Source of the DNA: the human T2T-CHM13v2.0 reference genome, Homo sapiens
Direction: 5' to 3' (one strand)
Assembly: GCF_009914755.1 (NCBI RefSeq)
Contig: NC_060932.1
DNA length: 64,000 nucleotides
Both the position numbers and the translations under genes were made by a program. The notes beneath the pieces were generated by a model. The model was not told the DNA's origin. It made no database searches and saw only the letters and a list, made by a program, of their open reading frames with translations. This document shows positions 40,823-55,887 of this stretch, in pieces. Position 1 is the first letter of the stretch; each line of letters opens with the position of its first letter.

Positions 40823-43800
40823 TCCTTGCTCAGACTGATGTCCTCAAGTGTTTCCCCAGTATTTTCTTTTGGTAGCTTCATGGCCTCATATATTCAAGTC
40901 TTTAATCCATTTTGAGCTGATTTTTGCACATAGCAAGAGTAGGTAGTTTCATTCTTATACATGTCACTATCTAGTTTTCTCAGTACCATATATTGAAGAG
41001 ACTATCCTTTCTCCAGTAGGTGTTCTTGGTGCTTTTATTGAAAATCAGTTGACTGTAAATGTGTGGATTTATTTCTGGGTTCTTTATTCTGTTTCATTGT
41101 TTATGTGTGTGTTTTTATGCCAGCACCATGCTGTTTTGATTACTATAGATTTGTAGTATATTTTAAAGTCATTTAGTGTGATGCCTCCCAGCTTTGTTCC
41201 TTATGCTACAAATTGTTCTGGCAATTCGTAGTAGTCTTTTCTGGTTGCATAGAAATTTTGAAAGTTTTTTCTTTTTCTGTGAAAGATATCATTGGTATTT
41301 TGATAGGAATTACATTGAATCAGATCTTTTTGGGTAGTACAGCCATTTTGACTATTAATTTTTCTAATCCATGGACATGGGATGTCTATTTTTTTGTTGC
41401 CTTTCATTAGTGTTTTATAGTTTTTCTTGTAAAGACATTTCACCTCCTTGGTTAAATTTATTCCTAGTTATTTTATTTTATTTTATTTTGCTATTGTAAA
41501 TAAAATTGCTTTTTTTTTTTTTTTTGTTAGTCCATTGTTGATGCATAGAGATGCTACTGATTTTTGTAAGTTTATTTCATATACTACAATTTCCCTGAAT
41601 TTTATCAGGACTAAGAGTTTTTTGGTGCAGCTTCTAGGGTTTTCTGTATGTAAGATCAGGTCATCTGCAAACAGACAATTTGAGTTCCTCTTTTCCAATT
41701 TGGATGTGCTTCATCGCTTTCTCTTGACTCATTCCTGTGCCTAGGACTTTCAGTACTATGTTGAATAAAAGTGATGAAAGTGGACATTCTTGTTTTGTTC
41801 CAAGTTTTAAAGGAAAAACTTTCCATTTTTCCTCTTTCAGCATGTAAACTGTGATTTTGTCATATATGACCTGTATTGGGTTGAGGTACATTCCTTCTGT
41901 ACTTAATGTGTTTAAAGGTTTTATCATGAAGGGATATTGAATTTTAGTAAATGCTTTACCTGTGTCTGTTGAGATGATCTTGTGGTCTTTGTCTTTTATT
42001 CTGTTAATGTGATGTGTCATGTTCATTGATTCGTTTATGTTGAACCATCCTTGCGTCCCTGAGATGAATTTCCTTTGAACATGGTGAAGGATGTTTTTGA
42101 TGTGCTGTTGGATTTGGTTTGCTAGTATTTTGTTGTGGATTTTTGTATCTATGTTCATCATCATCAGGAATATTGGCCTCTAGATTTCTTTTTTTGTTGT
42201 GTCTTTGTCTGGTTTTGATATCAAGGTAATGCTGACTTCATAGAATGAGTTAGGAAGAATTCCTCCAACTTCAGTTTTTTGCAGTAGTTTGAGAAGAATT
42301 GGTATTAGTATTTCTTTAAATGATTGATAGGATTTGGTAGTGAATCCATCAGGTCCTGGGCTTTTTTTGATAGGACACTTTATTAATGATTCAGTCTCGT
42401 TAGTCATTATTGGTCTGTTAAGTTTTCTGTTTTTTCATGAGTGAATTTTGGTAGGTTGTATGTGTCCAGGAATTTATTGATTTACTTCCAAGTTTTCCAT
42501 TTTGTTGACATACAGTTGTTGATAATAGTCTCTAGTGATCTTTTTATTTCTGTGGTATCAGTTGTGATGTCTCCTTTTTCATCTCTGATTTTATTTATTT
42601 GAGTCATCTCTTTTTCTTTGTGTAGCTAAACTTATGTGAGTTTTGTTATTAAAACCACTCTTCATTTCATTCATATTTTGCACAGTTCTGTAGTCTCTAT
42701 TTTATCTATTTATGCTCTGATCTTTGTTATATTTCCTTCAACTAATGTTGCATCAAGTTCTTGTTTTTCTAGTTCTTGTGGTACAACAATAAAATTACTT
42801 ATTTGATATCTTTCTACTTTTTTGATATGTGTGTTTATTGGAATAAACATCACTCTTAGAACTGCTTTTGCTGTATCCCATAGGATTTGGTATGTTGTTT
42901 TCATTTTCATTCGTCTCAAGAACATTTTTGGTTTCTGAAATTTATTTATTGACCCATTGGTTGTTCAGGTGCATGTTTAATTTCCACATATTTGTTTCTA
43001 GTTTTCCTCCTATTACTGATTTCTTGATAAGTTTTAACTTAAAACAATTTAAGAATTGTTTTGTGGCCTAACATATTCCTAGAGAGTATTCTATTTGCTG
43101 TTGAGATACTGTGTATTCTGCAGCTGGTTGATTAGAATAGTCTATAATTGTCTGTTAGGTACATTCTAGAGTGTGGTTTAATTGTTGATTTTCTGTCGGT
43201 ATGATCTGTTCATTGTAGAAAGTGGGGTGTTGAAGTCCTCTACTATTGTTGTATTGCAGTCTTTCTATGTAGGTATATTAATATTTGCTTTCTAAATTTA
43301 GGTGCTTCCATGTTAATTGAGTACATATATATTTATAACTGTTCTTGCTGTATTGAACTCTTTATTATTGTATACTGGCCTTCTTTGTCTCTTCTTACAG
43401 TTTTCAGCTTCAGGTCTGCTTTATATGATATAAATATAGCTACTCCTGTTGTCTTTTGGTTTCCATTTGCATACAATGTTTTTTCCCCATTCTTTCCCTT
43501 CCAGACTATGCATGTCCTTACAGGTGAAGTTAGCCCCTTGCAGGCAATGTATAATTTGGTATTGTTTCATTTTTATTTAGCCACTCTATGCCTTTTAATT
43601 GGAGAATTTATCCATTGATATGCAAGGTAATTATTGATATGTAAGGGCTTACTATGGCAATTTTCCTTCTTATTTTCTAGTTATTCTGTAGATCCTTTCT
43701 TCTCTTATAGTCTTTGTGGTTAGGCACTTTTCTCTAGTAGTACATTTTGGTTCCTTTTTATCTTTGGTGTATCTGTTATAGATTTTTGCTTTGTGGTTAC

Positions 43801-46223
43801 CATGAGACTTACAAAAACATCCTATAGTTATAACAAGTTATTTTAGAGACTTACAAACTTTGTGAAGGAAAGAAACAAAAAAACTGTACACTTTACCTCC
43901 ATTCTCTCCTTGCATTTTGTATTTTTGAGTGATGACTTACATTTTTATATTACCTATCTTGTTATTAAAGTTATTTTTGATAGTTCATTTTTTAGTCTTC
44001 ATATTAAGTTCGTTTTTAGTCTTCATATCTTTATATTAAAGATATAAGTGGTTTACACATCATGATGATAGTATTATAACAAAAATCATGTTAGCATCCA
44101 GTTTATGTTTGAAGAACTATTTTTTAGCATTTCTTATAGGCCAAGTCTGGTAGTGGTAAATTCCCTCAGCTTTTGTTTGTGTGGAAAAATCTTTCTCTTT
44201 CCTTTTCTGAAGGAATACTTTGCTGTGTGCAGTATTCTGGGTTGCATTTTTTTTTTCCTTCAGTCTCAGCATGTATCATCTCACTTCTTTCTGGCCTATA
44301 CGGTTTCTTCTGAGAAGTCTGCTGCTGGGTGTATTGGATCTGTCTTACATGTTATTTGCTGCTTTTCTTTAGCTGCTTTTAGGATCCTCTATTTGTCTCT
44401 GCACTCTGAGGGTTTGATTATAATATGTCTTGGGGTATTCCTATGTAGGTTGAATCTGACTGGTGACCTTCGATCATCCTATGCTTGGCTATTAATTTTT
44501 TTCCAGGTTTGGAAAGTTTTCTGTTATTATTTCTTTGCATAAGCATTTAACCCCTTTGTCTTCCTGAATTCCCTCTTTAATAACTCCAATATTTACTCTT
44601 TTGATGTTGTCCCACAGACCCCATAAGCTTTCTTCATGTCATTGTTTTCTTTTTTATCTCTGTGTATTTTCAAATAGCCTGTCTTCTGGCTCACTAATAA
44701 GTGTACTGTTGAAACCCTCTATTGCATTTTTCATTTTATTCATTGCATTTTTCGGCTCCAGGATTTGATTTTTTAAAATTACTTCAGTCTTTCTGCTACA
44801 TTTCCCTGATAAATTTTTGAATTGACTCTGTTCTTTCTTGAAGTTTGTTGAGCTTTCTTAAAACAGCTATTTTGAATTGTTTCAGAGATCACACATCTCT
44901 ATGACTTTAGGCTTGACCTGTGGTATCTTATTTTGTACACTTGGTGAGGTCATATTGTCCTGAGTCTTCTTGATGCTTGTGTATGTGTGACAATATCTGC
45001 ACATTTAAGGATTAGGCTTTTATTCCACTCTCCACAGCCTGGCTTTATTTGTGCCTGTCTTTCAGAGGCCCTTCCAGAAATTCTAAAGCAACTTAGAATT
45101 CTTAAATTGTTTCCTGAGCCTGTGACCACTGCAGCCATCTCAGCACTAGAGGGCGCTCCAAGTCCAGGCTTGCTGCAGCTCTCCCAAGGGCTCTATGATT
45201 TACACAGCTCTCCCTCCCTGATGGACCTGAGGAAGAACTCAAGGAGGGTACAGGGGCTGTGTGGGAAAGCTGGTCAGGGACTCCAGTACAGAAGACTGTT
45301 TTAATGACCCAGACAAGTGTGTCTCCTAGTGCATCCCTGCAGGGAATGGATACTTCCTTGGCTTTAGTGGTGGGAGGGGATGGAGCTGATATTGGACCCC
45401 ATCAGCATCTGTTTTTGGAGAGTGGCTGGAGAGCACATCTCATTGGCTCAGATAGACGCTTGTCTCCCAGCAGGTGCCTCTACAGACAGGATAGTTCACT
45501 GACTGCAGTGGTGTTGTTGTGTTTAAATTGAATTCTGCTCAAAATTAGTACGCTGTTGAGTAGGACTTGGAAGTCTGTTTATTACATTGCAAGGTTACTC
45601 TTTGTAGTAGAAATTGACTTACATCCTAGAACTTAGGTTCTGCTACTGAATCTATTTCAAAATGATTCTGCTGCCTGTATCTTTGTCTTTTCAAACTTCA
45701 AATACTCTTCTTCCTTTTACTTTGTATTTCTTTACTTTTTTTTTTTTTTAGCAGAACTAAATGTCATCAAAGTGTGGAAGAGGATAAAGCAAGTCAGGGA
45801 GGTTAGTGGAAAGAGAAGAGAAAATCAAATAATGCAAACATTAGGAAAGAAATCTATCTTATTGCATTTGATTTCTATTGTTTGCAAATACCTGCTTTCC
45901 AGGAAAATGTGCTGGGGTAAAAGTGTATTTTGCCTTTTAATGCTTATTTTCTCAGATGTTAATTGGAAGTTAATGGAGCTTATAATTCCTATACAAATGA
46001 ACTTAAATCTGTGTGTTAACACAGCAGTGGCTCATTTCTATAACTAGCCCTTTAAGACTGGAAGCACAAGTGACAGATTTATATTCCTTCCTCTTCTGCC
46101 CTTGAGGAGGTGTATAATGGTAGTGTGTCAGGGCTCCAGCCTCCTGTTAGCTGAGGTCATTGAATTAGATCTGGAAATGTGTATAATTCCCTCTCCCTCC
46201 CATTCTCTCTCTCCCCCCACCCC

Positions 46224-46325
46224 CACACACACATGTGTATATATATATATATGTATATATATTTGCATGTATAAAGCACCTCTGGTGTCTACAGACATGC
46301 ATGTATATATATGCATGTATATGTA

Positions 46326-46356
<31 letters not shown>

Positions 46357-46357
46357 G
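46224..46357. repeat. Compound (CA)/(TA)/(TG) microsatellite
   Basis: Alternating purine-pyrimidine tracts ending about 65 bp upstream of the exon at 46421. Confidence 0.9.
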
Positions 46358-46420
46358 ACTTTTGAGGGCATTATTTTCAAATTAGTTAAATCTAACTTGA
46401 AAAACTTTTATAAATAACAG

Positions 46421-46551
46421 AAATCAGGGAGTGGTGAGGACACTGTCCAGCTCTGCCCAAGAGGACATCATCCGGTGGTTTAAAGAGGAGCAGCTACCAC
46501 TTCGAGCGGGCTACCAGAAAACCTCAGACACCATAGCCCCCTGGTTCCATG
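46421..46551 (+). CDS. SH2D4A: SH2D4A coding exon (131 bp): (R)NQGVVRTLSSSAQEDIIRWFKEEQLPLRAGYQKTSDTIAPWFH(G), ending at the start of the SH2 domain
   Basis: taacag acceptor with TCTAAC branch-like motif at 46391-46396; CATG|gtgagt donor; PWFHG is the canonical SH2 domain start. Not in the ORF track. Confidence 0.93.
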
Positions 46552-48554
46552 GTGAGTGCAGAGATTTCCTCAATGGTGTTTCGTCTTAGGGCGGATGAAG
46601 CTGTGCTAATCTACCAGGAAGCCAGAATAAAAGCTTCCATTTATTGGTGCTGCCCAAAAAGAGTCTTTCAGATTATTTCACAAAGCAGTTTTTCAAAGAC
46701 GCCTCAGTAAGCTGCATTCTCATGACTGTTTAGAAAGCAGTCAGCATTCATGGGCACTGTATGCACTGTGGGGCAGACTTATCACCACAAATAAAATGCA
46801 TCAGATGGGAGGGCAAAGAGGCATTCCTGGTGACTTACCACTAGGGTGCTTGTTTGTGACTTCCATCAAATGGCCACGTCTTCCTTTCACCGAGGGACAC
46901 ACAGTCATGGGTGTGGGAATGTGCTGGACAGGACACTGGCTGAGCAACCTTGAACAAATCATTACTTTTTCCGTAGGAAATCAATTTAAGCCTCATTTTC
47001 CCCATCTGTTAAATGAAGGAGTTGAACTTTGTGGTCTTGGAAGTGAAAACTTCTGTAGTTTTGATTCCTTGCTTCCAGTATGTAGTTGAGTGTGTAACAT
47101 AGGTGGTTGGATCCTGAGCAGATATCAGCTAGTAAACATTTTCTGTATTTGACCCAAGAAACTTGATTCAAGCCCCTCTTCCACCCAGCAGATACTTCAC
47201 AGGCCCCTCTGTTTCTTGGATCTCAAGAAAAGTGAGTGGCTTCTTGCCTTAGTTGACTTCCATAAGGTCTGTGGTTGAATTGGACTAATTGGCTATATGG
47301 ACAACAAAAGGTGCTTTAAAACAAAAATACAGTCCCCTCCCAGAGTATGTTTGTCCTAAGCATGTCTTGGTTTGCATTATGTTTAAGGCATCTTTCCTCA
47401 AAGTAGTATCATCTCACACAGAAATATACCCACAAAAAGGAAACTCCCAAACACATATCATGGGAAACTCTTCTAAAAGGAATAGCTATTTGTGACAGGC
47501 TTTCTCCTAAAGCGCTGCTTGTGTGGTCAGAACGTCACAGAAGAACTGTCTGGCGTCTCTTGGAAGTATGTGTTCTTTGGTGATTCAGACTTTGTTAAGT
47601 ATCCATCTCAGAGGAGTCCCCTCTCCTTCCCAGGATGAGGTTGCAAGCCTCCTTCCTTTCTGCTTGAAGACAATGAGAGAGAGATGATGGTGTCAAAGAT
47701 GAACAGAAAGAACATGGGCCAATTATGCATTAGCCGCGGCTGTCTCAGCTGTCTAATAATGCCTTGCTTTCCTTTTTAAAATAAGCACCGAGGAAATCAG
47801 CCACTTTGTAGTTTCTGTATCTTTGGACAGAAGATGCTGTCATCTCTGATTATAAGAAGGGTAGTTTTTTTAACAGCAGGGAGTAAGAAATGGAAAATGA
47901 TGGTTGTTATTAAAAGCCCTGGTACTTTAACAGGCAGTTCTGTTTGAAAGGCTGAAAGCTAGGAAGACAGAGACTAAAAATCGAGTTGGAGGTTTGGTTA
48001 AAAAATATGACTCTTGAGTTTTACGTAAAATAACTTGCATTCTTATCAATTTATTTTCACTTGTACACATATTTTTCAGACTCATAAGCAAAATAAAACT
48101 GTATAATTAATAACCATTACATAGCCATATAGTCAGTATACATCTTTATTTTCAGTTTCAAGAAGATACAGTTTCACATTTTCATGATAAAGAGAATATG
48201 CATCACATCTTATCTCTTTGAAATATAATCGCTTATCACCGGGAAGCCTGTTCTGAAATATTAGGATGGTAGCCCTTTATAGGTTTATCATCTTTTCTTT
48301 GTCACATCCACCATGAGTTACCCTTCATAAGATGCTATTTTGGTTGCCTAATTTTTCACTCCACAAAGTTTTATGCTTTCATCTTTTTCTCTCAATTAAG
48401 CTCAAGGTAAGGATGTGAGTGGGTAGGAGAGGACAAAGTGATTGAAGACTGGGATTTCTGGCTTTTGTGGCTGGGAGGAAGGTGGCTGGGCTATCAATGG
48501 AGAGAAGGAACATAGGGGATGGGGAGGGTTAGGGAAGCAGAGAAGAGAACAGAG

Positions 48555-48770
48555 TGTTCTATTTCACAGCATGATAAATGTAGTTAATAGAGTATTGTGT
48601 GTTTCAAAAGTGCCAAAAGAGTAAATTTCTAATGTTCTCACCAGAAAAAAAATGCTAAGTATTTTAGGTGATGGATGTGTTAATTAGTTTGATTTAATTA
48701 TTCCACATTGGGTTCATATATCATAACATCAGTTGGTATCCCATAAATTTATACAATTGTAAATTTAAGA
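48555..48770 (+). mobile_element. L1MA 3' end fragment
   Basis: aatgttctcaccag...aggtgatggatgtgttaattagtttgatttaat...cccataaat. Confidence 0.8.
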
Positions 48771-48979
48771 TTTACAATGAAAAAGTTCCAAACTCCTCCC
48801 TGTGATCCACAATGCCTACTTGATCTGCCCCTGTCTATTGCTCCAGTCCCATCTCAAGCCACTGTACCTGCCTCGGTCACCTCTCCAGGCCTCCCTTCCA
48901 TCCCTCAGACACACCACACTTGTCCCTACCTTAGGGTTCTTGCAGTTGCTCTTCCTGCACACCTTCCTTTGGCTGACTT

Positions 48980-49641
<662 letters not shown>

Positions 49642-49819
49642 AGGCAACTTTCTTGGTGAGACTGTGCTGGTCTGCTTGCTATAGACAACATTCAGATGAG
49701 CAGTTAGTTGTCTCCTTAATGAAGCTAGATTTAAGTTCTCAGAATGTAATCAGGCAAAATCATCTCAGAAATCCTCAAAACCACAGGCATGAAAGATCAT
49801 ACAAATTTTAATTTTTTCC

Positions 49820-51230
49820 CTTTACTTCATTAAAAAATGATTTTTCTTATGGAATATTTTAAACACAAAGTACCAAGAAAAATACAACACCAGTGATATA
49901 ACAAATGTTGTATCTGTTCTCCAGGTGTAATGAATATTAACAGCCATATTTACTTCATATCTGTTTTTCTTAAGAAGTAAAACTTGCCAGGGTGGGCATG
50001 GTGGCTCATACCTGTAATCCCAGTGCTTTTGAGAGGCTAAGGCAGGTAGATCACTTGAGGTCAGGAGTTCGAGACCAGCCTGGCTAACATGTCAAGACCC
50101 CGTCTCTATTAAAAATCCAAACATGACCTGGATGTGGTGGCAGGCACCTGTAGTTCCAGCTACTTGGGAGGCTGAGGCAGGAGAATTGCTTGAACGCAGG
50201 AGGCGGAGCTGGCAGTCAGCCTAGATGGAGCCACTGTACTCCAGCCTGGGAGCAGAGTAAGACTCCATCTCAGAAAAGAAAATCTGCCATATAGAATTAA
50301 GGTCCCCTTTGTTAGTTTTCTTTTTAATCCCATTTCCTTTCCTTGTATCCTTCACTGCTCTTCTGAAGCTGTGATTTCCATCCATATTTTATATGCTGTA
50401 AACATATATATTGTAATAAAAATATACAGTATTGTGTTTAACATTTAAATGGGATCATGTTACACATATTGTTTTCCCCCAACATTGTTCCTGGGATTTG
50501 TCCTTGCTTATACACATAGACAGGCTCATTCATTTTACCTATCATGCAGTGTTTTATTATATACATTATATATATATACACACACATATATTACACACGT
50601 ATCATTATTCATCTCTCCTACATTTGCTATAACTTTTTTGCTCTTACAGAAGATGATGTATACACCCTTGAACATGTCTCGCTGTAAACACATATGATCA
50701 TTTCTTCAGAGTATATATCTAGAATCAGAACTCCTAGGAGGTAGGATATGTGCATCTTTAGTTACACTGCATATTGCTACATGCCCACGAAACTGATTAT
50801 ACCAGTATATACTCCTACCAGCTGTACTTGAGAATTTGTTTCCCTATGTACTTGCCAGTTCTTGATACTGCCAGATTCTCATTTTCCATTCCTCACAATG
50901 GAATCTTCTTATTTTAATTTGTACTAATTTATAGTGAGACTGAGCTCATATATTACTGGCTGGATGAGTAGGTCTTCTGTAATTACTTATACAGATCTTT
51001 TGACGATTTTTCTAATGAATTGATTTTTTATATTGACCTATAGGATTTTACATATTCTGGAGACTGATCCTTTGTCAATTATATGGGTTACATATATATT
51101 CTCCTAGTTTGTGACTTGTCTTTTAAGTCTTTTGACACATTTTAAGGGAGATAAGTTTTTCATTTCAATGAGGTTAAATTTAGCTATTTTTCCTTTATAG
51201 TTTCTGCTTGTTGTATCATGCACAATCCAC
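49820..51230 (-). mobile_element. Ancient L1M (ME-like) fragments
   Basis: Degenerate reverse L1 3' sequence (atatactcctaccagc...; gatcctttgtc). Confidence 0.6.
49989..50282 (+). mobile_element. AluS
   Basis: Dimeric Alu. Confidence 0.9.
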
Positions 51231-51251
51231 CCATATTTTATTTTTGCATAG

Positions 51252-51599
<348 letters not shown>

Positions 51600-51654
51600 A
51601 ACCGTTTTTAAGTGTACCATTCAGTGTTAAATATATCCATAATACTGTACAACT

Positions 51655-51984
51655 GGTCATGTGTGGTGGCTCCCATCTATAATCCCAGCACTTTGGGAGG
51701 CCAAGGAAGGCGGATCCTTTGAGCCCAGGAGTTTGAGATCAGCAACTTAAACATGGCAAATTCCATCTCTACAAAAAAAACATGGCAACACCCCATCTCT
51801 CCAAAAAAAAAAAAAAAAAAAATATTGCCAGGCATGGCGGTGCATGCCTGTAGTCCCAGCTGCCTGGGAGGCTAAGGCAGGAGGATCGCTTGAGTCTAGG
51901 AGACAGAGGTTGCAGTGAGCCAAGATCACGCCATGCACTCCAGCTTGGAAGACAGACCCTGCCTTAAAAAAAAAAAAAAAAAAA
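51655..51984 (+). mobile_element. AluJ with a ~29-bp internal duplication
   Basis: catggcaa...ccatctct.caaaaaaaa at 51752 and 51781. Confidence 0.9.
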
Positions 51985-52616
51985 TTTCTACAGCTATTAC
52001 CACCATCCATCTGCAGAAGTTATTTCACCTTGTAAAACTGAAACTACCCATTTAATAATGCTCCATTCACCACCAACCCCCAGCCCCTGGCAACTACCAT
52101 GGTGCTTTCTCTATGAATCTGACTATTCTAAATACCTCATATAAGTAGAACTGTACAGTATTTGTCTTTCTGTGAGTGGCTTATTTCATTTAGTGTCATG
52201 TCCTCAAGATTTACTCATGTTGTTGTGCATGTCAGAATTTCCTCCCTTTTCAAATCAGAATAATACTCCCTTCTATGGATGGGCCACAGTTTGCTTACCC
52301 ATTATCTGTTGATGCACTCTTGAGTTGCTTCCATGTTTCAGGTATTGTGAATAGTGCTGCTGAGAACACAGGTGTAGAAATAGCTCTTCCAGACTCTGCT
52401 TTCAGTTCTTTTGGGTATTTACCCAGAGGTGGAATTTCAGGATTATAGGGTAATTCTATGGTTGAACTTTATAGAAACTGGCCATACTGTTTTCCATAGT
52501 GGCTATGCTATACTATTTTACCTTCCCACCAACAGTGGCTATGCCATACTAATTTTACCTTCCCACCAGCAGTGCACAAGAATTTCAGCTTCTCCACATC
52601 CTTGCCAGCACTTGTT

Positions 52617-52924
52617 ATTTTTCTTTTTCCTTTTTTCTCTTTTAAGAGACAGGGTCTTGCTCTGTTGCCTAGGCTGGAGCGCAGTGGCACACTTAGAGCT
52701 CACTGCAGTCTCAAACTCCTAGGCTCAAGTAATCTTCCCACCTCAGCCTCCCGAGCAGCTGGAACTACAAGTTCCAGTACCATGACTGGCTAATTTTTTT
52801 ATTTTTTGTAGAGACAGGATCTCACTGTGTTGCTCAGGCTGGTCTCAAATTCCTGGCCTCAAGCATTCCTCCCTCCTCAGCCTCCCAAAGAACTGAGATT
52901 ACAGGCATGAGTCACTGTGCCTGT
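52617..52924 (-). mobile_element. AluJ
   Basis: Reverse Alu. Confidence 0.9.
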
Positions 52925-53937
52925 TATCCTTTTTTTCTCTCTCTCTTTCATAGCAACCATCCTAGTGGGTGTGAGGTCATATGTCATTACGGTTTTGAGT
53001 TGCATTTCCCTAATGACTAGTAATGTTGAGCACCTTTTCATTTGCTTATTGGCCATTTGTATATCTTCTCTGACAAATGTTTACTTGAACTCTTTGCCCA
53101 GTTTTGGATTGGGTTCTTGTTGAATTATGAGAGTTTTCTATACAGTATATTCTGGGTATCAATCCTTTATTAGATATCTAATTTAAAAATATTTTCGCCT
53201 GTTTTATGAGTTGCCTTTTTACTCTGTTGAGAGTGTCTTTTGATGTATAAAATGCTTTAATTTTCATGAAATTCGATTTGCCTCTTTTTTTCTTGTGTTG
53301 CTCGTGCCTTTGGTGTCATATCTAAGAAATCACTGCCAAATCCAATGTTGTGAAGATTTGGCCCTCTGTTTTCTTCTAAAAGTGTTCCAGTTTTAGGTCT
53401 TACATTTAAGTCTTTGATCCCTTTTGAGTTAATTTTTATATATGATGTTAGATAAGGGTCCAACTTCATTCTTTCACATGCGGTTATGCAATTTTACCAG
53501 CACCATTTGTTGAAATGACTGCCCTTTCCCTACTGAATGGTGTTAGCACCTTTGTCAAAAATCATTTGACCATGTCTATGCATTTTTATTTCTGAGTTTT
53601 TTATTATAATCTATTGGTCTATAAGTCTGTCTGTATGCCAGTACCACACTGTTTTGATTACTGTAGCATTGTAGTAAGTTTTGAAATGAGTATGTGTGAC
53701 GTCTTCCTGTTTTTTCTTCTTTTTCGGGAGTGTTTTGATTATTTGGGGTCTCAAGATTCCACATGAATTTTTGGATGGGTTTTTCTATTTCTACAAAAAA
53801 TGTTGGGATTTTGGTAGGGATTGCATTGAATCTGTATATCATTTTGCATAGTATTGTTGTCTTAAGTCTTCTAATCCAGGAACATGGGATGTGTTTTTAT
53901 TTACTTATGTCTTCTTTATCTCAGCAATGTTTTGTAG

Positions 53938-54307
<370 letters not shown>

Positions 54308-55228
54308 TGATGATAATGTAAATGGAATTTGATTTGTAATTTCCTTCTCAGAGTGTTGTTAGTGTATAGAAATGCAACTGATTTTTGTGTGTTGTCTGTG
54401 TATCCTGCCACTTTGCTTAATTCATTTATTAGTTTTAACAGTTTTTTGTGGAATCTTTCTGGTTTTCTACATAGACGATTGTATCATCTGACAACAGAGA
54501 TAATTTAACTTCTTTTCTAATTTGAATACCTTTTATTTATTTTATCTAACAGCTATAGCTAGAACTTACAGGAATAGTTCAATAGAAATGGCAAAAGTGG
54601 GCATCCCTACCTTATTCCTGATGTTAGAAGAAATGTCATTCAACATAAGTATGATGTTTGCTGTGGGTTTTTCATACATGGCCTTTACTATGTTGAGGGA
54701 CTTTCCTTCTCTTCCTAGTTTGCTGAGTTTTTATCATGATAGGGTATTGCATGTTGTCGGATGCTTTTTCTGCATTAATTGAGATGAGCATGTATTTTTT
54801 TTTCATTTATCCTGTTAATACGGTGTGTTACATTGATCGATTTTCATATATTGTACCATCTTGCATTCCTCCTACTTGGTATGGTATATAATCCTGTTGA
54901 TATGCTGCTGGATTAATTTTGATAGTAACCATGTTACTATAATACTAGCTTTTATAATTGCCTATGTATTTACCTTTATTGAGTTACTTGTTTCTTTATT
55001 TGGCTTTGAGTTACTGTCTGCATCCTTTCATTTCACCATGTAACATCCTTGGACATTTCTTGCATGGCAGGTTTAGTGGTAACAAACTTCCTTAGCTTTT
55101 GTTTACCCAGAAATGTCTTAATTTGCGTCTCACTTTTAAAGGACAGTTTTGCCAGGATTGGCCAAAAGAATCAAGAATCAGTAGGATTCTTGATTGACAG
55201 TTATTTTTCTTTCAGTATTTTGAATATG

Positions 55229-55588
55229 CAGATAGTCCTCCACTTACAATGGTTTGACTTAAGATTTTTCTACCTTATGATGGTGTGAACGTGATACACA
55301 TTCCGTAAAAACCATACTTCAAGTACCTGTTCAACCATTGTGTTTTTCACTTTCAATACAATATTCAATAAATTACATGGGATATTCAACGCTTATAAAA
55401 TAGTCTTTGTGTTAGATGATTTTGCCAAACTGTAGGGTAATGTAAATATTCTGACCATGTTTAAGGTAGGCTAGGCAAATTATGACGTTCTGTAAGTTAG
55501 GTGTATTAAGTGCATTTTTGACTGATAATATTCTCAACTTATGCTGGGTTTATCAGGATGTACTGCCATCATAAGTTGAGGAGCATCT
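55229..55588 (-). mobile_element. MER47A-like Tigger-derived DNA transposon fossil
   Basis: Terminal inverted repeats cagatagtcctccacttacaatgg / ccatcataagttgaggagcatct. Confidence 0.8.
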
Positions 55589-55713
55589 TTATTGGCCCAC
55601 TGCTGTCTGTCCTCCAAAATTACTGATGAGAAATCTGGGGATAATCTTATTGACCATCCTTTTATGTGATGAGTTGCTTCTCTCTCTTTTCTCTCTTGCT
55701 GCTTTTAAGATTC

Positions 55714-55887
55714 TTTTTTTTTTTTTTTTTTTTTTTTTGAGACAGGGTCTCACTCTGTCATCCTGGCTGGAGTACAGTGGAGTGATCTTGACTCGCTACA
55801 GCCTTGACCTCCCAGGTTCAAGCAATTCTCCTGCCTCAGCCCTGTCAAGTAGTTGGGACTATAGGCACTTGCCACCATGCCTGGCCA
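55714..55887 (-). mobile_element. Alu right arm (FRAM or truncated Alu)
   Basis: PolyT followed by a single reverse Alu arm. Confidence 0.85.

Noticed and set aside
41201-42925. Reverse-transcriptase-like ORFs on the minus strand
   Set aside because: Fragmented ORF2 of a dead L1MA with many stops and frameshifts; not an active element or a domesticated gene.
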